Positions 1-7,142 of a DNA stretch of 11,107 nt are shown piece after piece; the stretch's first letter is position 1, and every line of letters begins with the position of its first letter. The position numbers and the translations under genes are program-made. Under the pieces are notes generated by a model. That model worked only from the letters and a program-made list of their open reading frames with translations, had not been told where the DNA came from and did no database searches. Location: assembly GCA_036338595.1 (NCBI GenBank), contig JAYZBV010000052.1, positions 1 through 11,107 of the forward strand, written 5' to 3'. This DNA comes from Planctomycetota bacterium (lineage in GTDB: Bacteria; Planctomycetota; UBA8108; UBA1146).

Positions 1-104
1 TCTGTACAGCTGCTGGCAGGTCCTCCCGAGAAGAGGTTGCCGAGCAGGAAGATCCCATCTGCGATGTTGAAACTGCCATCGGTATTGCAGTCTGCTCGCT
101 GGAA
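1..104 (-). other. Dockerin-like module, first half (truncated by window edge)
   Basis: FQRADCNTDGSFNIADGIFLLGNLFSGG matches the D-x-N-x-D-G-x-x-N-x-x-D Ca2+-loop plus helix pattern and aligns with the other three C-termini. Confidence 0.85.
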
Positions 105-3086
105 TCCACCTCCAGGGGGAGGAGCACCTCCGAGGAAGTTGAAGTACGCCAGGATGAGCGCATCGCGCTCGGCATCGCTGCCAAATCCACCCAGTTCGAA
201 GGAGGAGCAGATCACGGGACCACCGTTACCCGGCAAGTAGGCGGTGGTGGTGCCATAGTCGACTCCGAGCGCGTCATCTGCACGCCAAACCAGTCCTGCC
301 GAGCCTCCAGCAGCTTCTGCCGTGGCGGGATTCAGCACATCGTTGAAGTCGTTGGCGTTGCCGGTGCTCGCCTGGTTGTCCTGATTGTAGGCGATTCCCT
401 GCAGAGCAGACATGTCGAGTCCAACACCTGAATCGAATCCATCGAGGGCTGTCAGCAGGTCGTTGTCGTCCTGGCTGTAGGGGGTCGCCACTCCATCACG
501 ATCATCGAATGTGGAGATGGGGTGGTTGAAACTCCAGTGATCGGTGCTCTCGAAGTAGATGGCGACGCCAGCAGCCGCGAGATCTGCGATCAGGTTTGCT
601 TCATCCGAGTTGAGCAAGAAGTTGGTCGGATAGGTTCCACAGGCGATCCACACCTGATTCACCGTTGCCGGATCGAGACAGGCAAACTGATCGATCTGGG
701 TGCGAACCAGTTTTGCATTGGCGCCAGCCGCCAGCAAACTGTCGAGAATCGCCTGACCTGAATCGTTGCTGCCCGTGTCACCGCCACTGAAGAGACCTTC
801 CATGGCGACCACGATGGTGTCTTCACCATCGTATGAGTAGTGGTCGACAGAGCCCTCGACGGAGGCTGCGCCTACGGGGCACAATCCGCGAACGGTGTAA
901 CTGTGAAATCCATCGGTGGCGGTGGCATCGACCAGTGTAGTCTCGGTTCCTGCGAGGGTGGCGAAAGGCACTCCATCCCGGTCGATCTCGATGCTGTCAA
1001 AGGTGCCGGCGTTGGTCCAGCTGAGGACGACCTCGCTGTTGGCGCAATCGCTGGTGATCAGCAGGTCAGTGGGTGCCAGGCACACTGCAGGACAGACCTG
1101 CATCATCCAGCCGTTGAGGGTGCCGGCCGTGGTGGCCACTGTATCCGCAACGGTCAGGGTCCAGTCGCCTCCGAGGGTCTCTCCATCGAAGTCTGACAGC
1201 GATCCTGGGCCTGAGGGGATCAGGTTGCCAAAGCCATCGTTGACGCCGCTGGCGTCGTCGTAACGGCCCAGCAGGTCGGAACCAGCAGCGTGGTCATGCA
1301 GCCGGATCGTGGTTCCCTGCGGCGAAACCAGGTCGACCTCGAGGTCGGAGGTCGAAGCGTGGGTGATGTCGATGTCGATATCGATGTCGAGAATCCCCGT
1401 GGTATCTGTGGGATCGACGGAGATCACATTATCCGTGAAGGAGGTGCCATCAGGAATCTCCAGAGGCTGGCTGATGAAGAGTGCCCACTCATCGAGAGTG
1501 CCTCCCGCGGAGCCGGTGAAGATATCGACAACGATCAGTCCCCAGGTGCCATTGGCGGGTTCTCCATCAAAATCAGCGAGCGAACCGATTCCCTGAGAAA
1601 GGTCGTACGGTTGCATCCGAACACCACTCCAGGTCGTGTCACTGCCGTAGGCCACACCTTCGTCATCAAAAATGAGCGACATGTCGTCATCGGAATTGGT
1701 CTCGCTCTGGTAGAGACGTATCTGGGTCTGTGTGGGAGCGACCACATCGACATCGAGGTTGCCGATGAAGGCGTGGCTGATCTCTACCGACACATCGAGG
1801 TCTGAGATGAGCCCGCCATTGGTGACATCGATCAGATCGAAGGTGGGTACCGCATCGGTGATCGGTGCCGCCGGGGCACTGCTCGCCAGTGTGCCGACGA
1901 AGCCCTGGTGTGCGACATTCGGATTGGGGAACTGATGGCAGTCATCAGGTGGGCAACTGATGGTCAGAACTGCGTCTCCGCGTTCGCCGTTGAAGCCACC
2001 GATCTGAACCAGGTAGGTCTCGCCTGCGATGACATCGAGGAAGATCTCCGGTTCACCCGAGCCGGTGCAACTACCTGCATCACAGGCGATTTCTGAACCA
2101 GTAGCAGGTGAACAAGCGCTTGTGCCCGGATAGATGGCCATCTGCGGGTTGAAGTCAGCACTGTTGCAGGTGGTGAATGTGACGATGCCGCTACAGGAAG
2201 CATCGTAGAGGAACCACACATCGTTGAGCAGACTACCTCCACAGTTGGTTGGCCCATCTGTCGTCGATCCGAGCGTGCTGAAGCTGTAGGTTCCCTCGAT
2301 CAGGACCGCTGCGTTTGCACAATCATCGTTGGGAGGCGGGGGAGCGCAGTTGGGGTCTCCGGTGCAATCAGCGTCGGCGCAATCGACATCCCCATCGCCG
2401 TCGTCGTCGGTGCCGTTGTCACAATCTTCAGGGCAGGTGTTGTTGGCACCTGGAGTATCGAAGGGGACACCGAGGTCGGCGAAGGGCAGGATCTCCCAAT
2501 CTCCAGAAACATCGGGGCATCGCACCACATGAGCCGGGGTGAATGTTCCGTCCGGACCGATGGTGTTCAAGCTGTAGACCAGCTCTCCGGCAGATGTGTT
2601 GCCGGTGGCGGGGTCGATGGGATTTTCCAGCAGAGCGAAGTCGTCGGCAATGGCATTCCATGGCGTCGAATCGAGCACTCCATCGTCGTCGGTGTCGAGG
2701 TCATCTCCTACGGCGCCCGTGAAACCTTCGACCAGCATATGGGTGACATTGTCACTGTTCTCGAAATTGAGATCGGTGGTGAAGTCTGCAAAGCCGATGG
2801 TGAAGGTTGCCTCGGCAGCAACGAAATAGCCGCTGGCGGGCATCGTCAGCCCGAACAGATTGATGGCCGCTTCTACCGAGCCACTTCCAGCAGAACTGTC
2901 GCCGATCACGATGTACATGAGGCCTGCCAGGGGAGTGCCCGGGGGGCCTGCGAGTTCGAAGTACTCGTCGGTGTCGGTGCCTCCCTGGTCAATCCGAACT
3001 TCGTTGATCACGATCTGACCCTGGAGCAAACAGGGTGTCGAGAAGATGGCAGCCAGGATAACCATGGCCGGTAACAGGGATTTCAT
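1..3086 (-). CDS. Secreted multidomain protein, >1028 aa, 3' end outside the window: signal peptide, lamin-tail-like domain, Cys/Asp motif, PPC-like beta-sandwich, two proprotein-convertase P-domains, FN3-like domain, conserved YFExxDH domain, dockerin-like module
   Basis: Hand translation of the minus frame from ATG 3086 finds no stop down to position 3. It starts MKSLLPAMVILAAIFSTPCLLQG-QIVINEVRIDQGGTDTDEYFEL and ends FQRADCNTDGSFNIADGIFLLGNLFSGGPASSCT. AGGAGGT lies 7 nt upstream. It is missing from the ORF track, presumably because it runs off the edge. Confidence 0.93.
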   Translation of the reverse strand, partial: MKSLLPAMVILAAIFSTPCLLQGQIVINEVRIDQGGTDTDEYFELAGPPGTPLAGLMYIVIGDSSAGSGSVEAAINLFGLTMPASGYFVAAEATFTIGFADFTTDLNFENSDNVTHMLVEGFTGAVGDDLDTDDDGVLDSTPWNAIADDFALLENPIDPATGNTSAGELVYSLNTIGPDGTFTPAHVVRCPDVSGDWEILPFADLGVPFDTPGANNTCPEDCDNGTDDDGDGDVDCADADCTGDPNCAPPPPNDDCANAAVLIEGTYSFSTLGSTTDGPTNCGGSLLNDVWFLYDASCSGIVTFTTCNSADFNPQMAIYPGTSACSPATGSEIACDAGSCTGSGEPEIFLDVIAGETYLVQIGGFNGERGDAVLTISCPPDDCHQFPNPNVAHQGFVGTLASSAPAAPITDAVPTFDLIDVTNGGLISDLDVSVEISHAFIGNLDVDVVAPTQTQIRLYQSETNSDDDMSLIFDDEGVAYGSDTTWSGVRMQPYDLSQGIGSLADFDGEPANGTWGLIVVDIFTGSAGGTLDEWALFISQPLEIPDGTSFTDNVISVDPTDTTGILDIDIDIDITHASTSDLEVDLVSPQGTTIRLHDHAAGSDLLGRYDDASGVNDGFGNLIPSGPGSLSDFDGETLGGDWTLTVADTVATTAGTLNGWMMQVCPAVCLAPTDLLITSDCANSEVVLSWTNAGTFDSIEIDRDGVPFATLAGTETTLVDATATDGFHSYTVRGLCPVGAASVEGSVDHYSYDGEDTIVVAMEGLFSGGDTGSNDSGQAILDSLLAAGANAKLVRTQIDQFACLDPATVNQVWIACGTYPTNFLLNSDEANLIADLAAAGVAIYFESTDHWSFNHPISTFDDRDGVATPYSQDDNDLLTALDGFDSGVGLDMSALQGIAYNQDNQASTGNANDFNDVLNPATAEAAGGSAGLVWRADDALGVDYGTTTAYLPGNGGPVICSSFELGGFGSDAERDALILAYFNFLGGAPPPGGGFQRADCNTDGSFNIADGIFLLGNLFSGGPASSCT
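1092..1892 (-). other. Two proprotein convertase P-domain-like modules (about 1470-1892 and 1092-1469)
   Basis: ISDLDVSVEISHAFIGNLDVDVVAP...SLADFDGEPANGTWGLIVVD...GTLDEWAL and ILDIDIDIDITHASTSDLEVDLVSPQGTTIRL...SLSDFDGETLGGDWTLTVAD...GTLNGW both follow the P-domain pattern (I-x-H...L...SP...G-x-W-x-L-x-V-x-D...G-x-L-x-x-W). Confidence 0.85.
2430..3017 (-). other. Lamin-tail-like (LTD-like) N-terminal domain
   Basis: Starts IVINEV...D...EYFEL and ends TPGANN, the usual bookends of bacterial LTD-like domains. Confidence 0.7.
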
Positions 3087-3093
3087 GACATTG

Positions 3094-3100
3094 ACCTCCT
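3094..3100 (-). promoter_or_regulatory. Shine-Dalgarno site
   Basis: Minus strand reads AGGAGGT-CAATGTC-ATG(3086). Confidence 0.9.
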
Positions 3101-3173
3101 GAGAGACGGTGCTGGATCGCGGTCCCGATGGTTGTTGAGGAACTGTGGGGAATGCACACACATCCAGTACTCC

Positions 3174-3202
3174 ATCGTAAGGCGATCGGTTGGTCCTCGC
3201 AA
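3174..3202 (-). promoter_or_regulatory. Putative sigma70-type promoter of the 3086 gene
   Basis: TTGCGA (3202-3197), 17-nt spacer, TACGAT (3179-3174); about 90 nt upstream of the ATG. Confidence 0.55.
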
Positions 3203-3307
3203 CGGAGACATGGTCGGAAAATTCGCCAGATCGACTTCTTGCTGGTGGTTTCCGGCACTGGATCTGCCAGGGATGCCACCCCTCGGATTCTCATCTTCGG
3301 ATGATCA

Positions 3308-3354
3308 TTGCAGCGACCTGAACTTGCAGCGACCTGAACTTGCAGCGACCTGAA
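3308..3354. repeat. Tandem repeat, 16-bp unit TTGCAGCGACCTGAAC x about 3
   Basis: Exact copies at 3308-3323 and 3324-3339, plus the first 15 nt of a third at 3340-3354; no spacers. Confidence 0.97.
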
Positions 3355-3407
3355 AGGGCCGAGGGGCGGCGAGAGTTTATCTCCCACCGCCCCTCGGCGT
3401 GTTTCAG
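3350..3407 (-). terminator. GC-rich hairpin, probable intrinsic terminator or mRNA 3' stabilising stem of the 6862..3455 gene
   Basis: Perfect 12-bp stem GCCGAGGGGCGG (3358-3369) / CCGCCCCTCGGC (3387-3398), inner GAGA/TCTC, outer CTGAAA/TTTCAG. It lies 56 nt after the stop. The U-tract is weak (CCTTTCAG). Confidence 0.65.
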
Positions 3408-3454
3408 TGGTCTACCCTGTCGGTTGACACACTGCTGATTCGCACCCGACTACG

Positions 3455-6400
3455 CTAGCAAGAACCGTCGTAGACGCAGTCCGCAAGCCCATCATCAGTC
3501 GGGTCTTCACCACAACTGTCCGCACCTGGCGCCGGAGGGGCATCACCACCCGAGAAGAGCGTGGCAAGGCCGAAGATGGCGTCTGCAATGTTGACGCTCC
3601 CATCGTCATTGGCATCGCAAGAATCGGGACATGCGCATGGATCGCCACCGGAGAAGAGGGCGGCGAGCAGGTAGATGTAGTCAGCAATGTTGTGACCGCC
3701 ATCCTGGTTCGCATCTCCACGCTTGAAGGTGACTCCACTGCCGCTGAATGCGGCGAGGTAGTCCTGGGCGAGGATCGCCTGGTCTCCACCGAAACCTCCG
3801 AATTCCCAGCCACTGCTGATGGTCTTTCCACCATCATCGGTGTTGTAGAAGACGGCCGTCGTGTAGGAGCCCTCTGGACCGGGGCTGGGCACATTTCCAC
3901 CCAGCAAGCCATCGTCACTGTTGATCCAGATCGCAGCAGCATTAGGGCCGCTGCCATCACCGGTGGCAGGAGTCAACTGGTCAGTCCACTCGTTATCCAG
4001 CGGAAGGTCCTGGTTGTAGCCCACTGCCTGGTAGCCGCTGAGGTCGAGACCCTGACCGCTATCGAGTCCGTTCATCTCGGTGAAGGAGTCATCTCCGTCT
4101 CCTGTGTCGTAGGTCGAGTCATCGACTCCGTCACGAGAATCAAAGAGAGACGCCACATGAAGGAAGCCGAAGTGATCTCCGCCCTCGAAGTAGACATGCT
4201 TACCATCGATGTTGGCCTGACCCAGGGCGTCACCCTCGGCCGCAGTGATGCGGTAATCGAACGGGACAGTTCCTGTCATCGTCCAGATTCTCTCGACCAG
4301 GGCATTCGAGGCGCAGGGGTAGTCCAGGATGGAGCCCCTCACCAGACCGGCATTGGCACCGTTTGAAGAGAGAGCTGCAAGCAACGCCGCTCCACTGTCG
4401 ATATTGCCGAGATTGCCGTTGGACTGGAGTCCTTCCATCGCCAGGATGATGTCTGTCTGATCGGTGTAGTTGAGCACCGAAACATCCAGGACCGCAGAGT
4501 TTCCTCCACTGCCACAATCTCCGCTGACCTCGTAGACATAGGTGCCGTCAGCGACTCCGACATCGACGAAGGAAGAATCAGCTGGATCGGGGTTACCGAT
4601 CGAAACACCATCTCGCAAGATTTCCATCGAGACGAAGTTCGGGTTCGGTGTCCAGGAAAGAGTGACATCGCCGGCATTGCAGTCGACGCTACTGCCCGCA
4701 TTTCCGGGAGGAATGCAGTCATTGATGGTCAGCGTACCGTCACCGAGGCCAGCCTGATTGAACGTGCCCACTCGGACCAGGTATTGCTGACCCTGGGTCG
4801 CTTCGAAGGTCAACTCGGCGGCAAAGTTGGTGCAGGCCAGATTTCCGCTTCCAGGAGCGGTTCCGCCGGGAGTTGTGGCGCCAGTCGCAGCGTCATCATT
4901 ACACATGATCACGCCGGCAGGATCGTCACTGCCACAGCCGGTGTAGATGGCAAGCCTCGTATCAAAGGTGTTTCCACCGCAGGTGCTGACCAGCACTTCA
5001 CCGGTGGATCCTGCTGTGAAGCAGAAGTAAAGGTCGTTGAAGATGCCATCATTACCGATATTCATGGCACACACGGCCGCATCCAGATCGGGACCGGTGG
5101 TGAGAACGGCATTGGTGATGCTGAAATCAGTATTCCCGATGGCAATCGCCTCCGCCCCTTCGAACCAGCTGTTCCCTGGTGCCGTGTTGGTGTCACAACC
5201 GGCGTAGTTGATGATGGCACCGGTCGCGTTGGGACCCTCGTATGCGGTGATGTAAACCGCTTGCACCTCGTAGGCGGTCAACGCAGGGGTCTGGTAACTG
5301 GTCTCGGTACCATCGAGGGTCGCCTCGATGTTGCCATCGACTTCGATCTCGAAGGACCCGATGGGGCCTACATTTTCCCAGGTCATATCCCACTGGGTTG
5401 AACCAGGGGTCTGCTGGCAGATCAGGTTGGAGACTCCGCCGCCGCAGATGCAATCTCCAGCGTCATCCCAGGCGATATCCATGACCCACATGTTGGTCGG
5501 GAAACCGAGGTTGACCATGTCCAGAGGTTCGGTCAGTCCACACGCAGGTGCGGAGATGAAACTGCCGCCGATCTGATCGGTTGCAGGATTGGTCTGGGCA
5601 GGATCGGGAATCCCCATGAAGAGGCTGTGCCCCGCGGCCTGTCCGTCCGGGGTGAAGATCTCGACGACGAGGGTCTCCCCATCGAGGCAGCCGATCAGCG
5701 TCGATGCGGACCCGGCGAGGGTACCGTCAGGATCGACAAGACCGGTTCCGAGCACGAAGTTGAACATTTCATTGGGGACCGTCGGAACCTGGAACTCTTC
5801 CTCGTATACCATGTTCAGTGCCGAGAGTGGTCCAACCGTACCACCGTTGATGTCGATGCTCAGACGGATTCTTACCGGCTGAGTTCCCCCCGCTGCAGGA
5901 TTGGAACTGAAGACGGTGGTGATGCACTTGACATCGATGTTGTCGGTGACTGCGTAGTTGTTGCAGAGGTCAAATGCGCGGTAGTAGCTGTTATCCGCAT
6001 GGAGTCCCCCGGCATTGCAGGAGACCGCTCCTCCGAAGGGGAGGTTGGCAGCGACCGGAACAAGAGTGGCTCCGGTAGTCGCCGGGCATGGCGTCGAGAA
6101 GAAGTAGGAACAGGACACGGTCGGTGCGACGTTGCCACCCGATTCCCCCTCGGCGATGACGGTGTGACCCCCATCGGCTGCAGGGCTGTAGAGGAACGAT
6201 CCAGCAGAACCGGATCCTCCTCCAGGCTGCGTTGCGATCAGGTTGGCCGGATCCACGACATCGAGATAGAGGTTTACGTTGTCGTAGAAAACGTTTTCGT
6301 CCCAGGTCACCAGCACTTCATTGACACCCGTTGATTGATCGGGAGTGCAGAGCAGGTTCGAGACGGGGAGCAATTCACTGAAGGTCAGTTGTAGATCGCC

Positions 6401-6862
6401 GGTTCCGCTGGAGGCACCATCCCAGCCTCCGATGCGAATGGTGTACTCGATACCTGCGAACACCTCGAAACCTGCGACGAAGGATGTAAAGCCGCCACAT
6501 CCGGCACCGTCACCATTGCAGGCGACTTCGTCAAGAATTCCACAGCCTCCCGAGTAGATCAGCAGGTCGGAGTCGAAGTTGACCAGATCACAGAGAGATG
6601 CTTCGAGCAGCCCGTCCACCCCAGGCGTCCAGCTATACCAGACATCGAACTCGCAGGTGCCGATGGCACTCCCTGCGCATGGAGCTCCTGTGACAGGATT
6701 AGCACTCGTTGTTGCGGTAGTGGTGTCGATCGCTTGCAGGGTGACACCCGTATTGAAGGGGATGACCTCCGCACCGGCACACTCATCATTGGCAGGCTGT
6801 GAAAATACAACGGTGGGCATCGCAAAGGTGGCCACCAAGCCCAGAACAAGAAGAAGACGCAT
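3455..6862 (-). CDS. Secreted multidomain protein, 1135 aa: signal peptide, PPC-like, FN3-like, 'DNSYYR' module, FN3-like, PPC-like, FN3-like, conserved YFExxDH domain, dockerin-like module
   Basis: Long ORF 3455..7030 in the track. I moved the start to ATG 6862 because it gives a clean signal peptide MRLLLVLGLVATFAMPTVVFS-Q, follows AAGGAAGGGA, and the upstream 56 codons lie in AT-richer regulatory-looking DNA. Confidence 0.93.
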   Translation of the reverse strand: MRLLLVLGLVATFAMPTVVFSQPANDECAGAEVIPFNTGVTLQAIDTTTATTSANPVTGAPCAGSAIGTCEFDVWYSWTPGVDGLLEASLCDLVNFDSDLLIYSGGCGILDEVACNGDGAGCGGFTSFVAGFEVFAGIEYTIRIGGWDGASSGTGDLQLTFSELLPVSNLLCTPDQSTGVNEVLVTWDENVFYDNVNLYLDVVDPANLIATQPGGGSGSAGSFLYSPAADGGHTVIAEGESGGNVAPTVSCSYFFSTPCPATTGATLVPVAANLPFGGAVSCNAGGLHADNSYYRAFDLCNNYAVTDNIDVKCITTVFSSNPAAGGTQPVRIRLSIDINGGTVGPLSALNMVYEEEFQVPTVPNEMFNFVLGTGLVDPDGTLAGSASTLIGCLDGETLVVEIFTPDGQAAGHSLFMGIPDPAQTNPATDQIGGSFISAPACGLTEPLDMVNLGFPTNMWVMDIAWDDAGDCICGGGVSNLICQQTPGSTQWDMTWENVGPIGSFEIEVDGNIEATLDGTETSYQTPALTAYEVQAVYITAYEGPNATGAIINYAGCDTNTAPGNSWFEGAEAIAIGNTDFSITNAVLTTGPDLDAAVCAMNIGNDGIFNDLYFCFTAGSTGEVLVSTCGGNTFDTRLAIYTGCGSDDPAGVIMCNDDAATGATTPGGTAPGSGNLACTNFAAELTFEATQGQQYLVRVGTFNQAGLGDGTLTINDCIPPGNAGSSVDCNAGDVTLSWTPNPNFVSMEILRDGVSIGNPDPADSSFVDVGVADGTYVYEVSGDCGSGGNSAVLDVSVLNYTDQTDIILAMEGLQSNGNLGNIDSGAALLAALSSNGANAGLVRGSILDYPCASNALVERIWTMTGTVPFDYRITAAEGDALGQANIDGKHVYFEGGDHFGFLHVASLFDSRDGVDDSTYDTGDGDDSFTEMNGLDSGQGLDLSGYQAVGYNQDLPLDNEWTDQLTPATGDGSGPNAAAIWINSDDGLLGGNVPSPGPEGSYTTAVFYNTDDGGKTISSGWEFGGFGGDQAILAQDYLAAFSGSGVTFKRGDANQDGGHNIADYIYLLAALFSGGDPCACPDSCDANDDGSVNIADAIFGLATLFSGGDAPPAPGADSCGEDPTDDGLADCVYDGSC
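3458..3727 (-). other. C-terminal dockerin-like module with Cys-rich tail
   Basis: FKRGDANQDGGHNIAD...CPDSCDANDDGSVNIADAIFGLATLFSGG...CGEDPTDDGLADCVYDGSC*. Confidence 0.9.
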
Positions 6863-6870
6863 CGGCCCAT

Positions 6871-6880
6871 TCCCTTCCTT
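6871..6880 (-). promoter_or_regulatory. Probable ribosome binding site
   Basis: AAGGAAGGGA followed by 8 nt and ATG 6862. Confidence 0.6.
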
Positions 6881-6926
6881 GCGAAGCCCGGGATGAGGTT
6901 CATCCCTATTAAATTGACGGCTTCGC
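6881..6926 (-). promoter_or_regulatory. Nested two-stem hairpin in the 5' leader, abutting the RBS
   Basis: mRNA sense: GCGAAGCC-GTCAATTTAATA-GGGATGA-ACC-TCATCCC-G-GGCTTCGC, giving perfect 8-bp and 7-bp stems. Confidence 0.6.
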
Positions 6927-7000
6927 GAATACTCGTGATCAAGAAACGAAAAATCGGAACAATTCAGGAAATCATCCGCTCTGAAAGAGCCTTGAAGCGG

Positions 7001-7020
7001 TTCGTGCAATATTGCGCAAA
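7001..7020. promoter_or_regulatory. Operator-like palindrome
   Basis: TTCGTGCAATATTGCGCAAA has a perfect 10-bp core GCAATATTGC (7006-7015), and 16 of 20 positions are symmetric. Confidence 0.4.
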
Positions 7021-7066
7021 TACCACTCACAAATCACAGAACGGACTGATCCAGCCCAATAGTACA

Positions 7067-7094
7067 AATTTACTGGCGGTTTGGGCCGGGTCAA
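7067..7094 (-). promoter_or_regulatory. Putative sigma70-type promoter of the 6862 gene
   Basis: TTGACC (7094-7089), 16-nt spacer, TAAATT (7072-7067). Confidence 0.5.
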
Positions 7095-7142
7095 GGACCG
7101 TGATCGTGCATTGGAAGCAGGTCAGCAGAGATCCCGGCCAAT

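Noticed and set aside
3254..3270. Sigma54-like site (minus strand CTGGCAGATCCAGTGCC, GG-N10-GC)
   Set aside because: It deviates from TGGCAC-N5-TTGC at key positions, is easily matched by chance in GC-rich DNA, and a better sigma70-like promoter lies closer to the gene.
3308..3354. Tandem repeat as a mini-CRISPR array
   Set aside because: The units are 16 bp and contiguous, with no spacers and no cas genes in the window.
2989..3387. 132-aa minus ORF and 73-aa plus ORF (3132..3353) across the intergenic region
   Set aside because: They run through the terminator hairpin, tandem repeat or promoter, one overlaps the next gene out of frame, and neither looks protein-like.
6863..7030. 56-codon N-terminal extension of the 1191-aa ORF
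   Set aside because: It would bury the signal peptide, and the region has RBS, hairpin and palindrome features typical of a non-coding leader.
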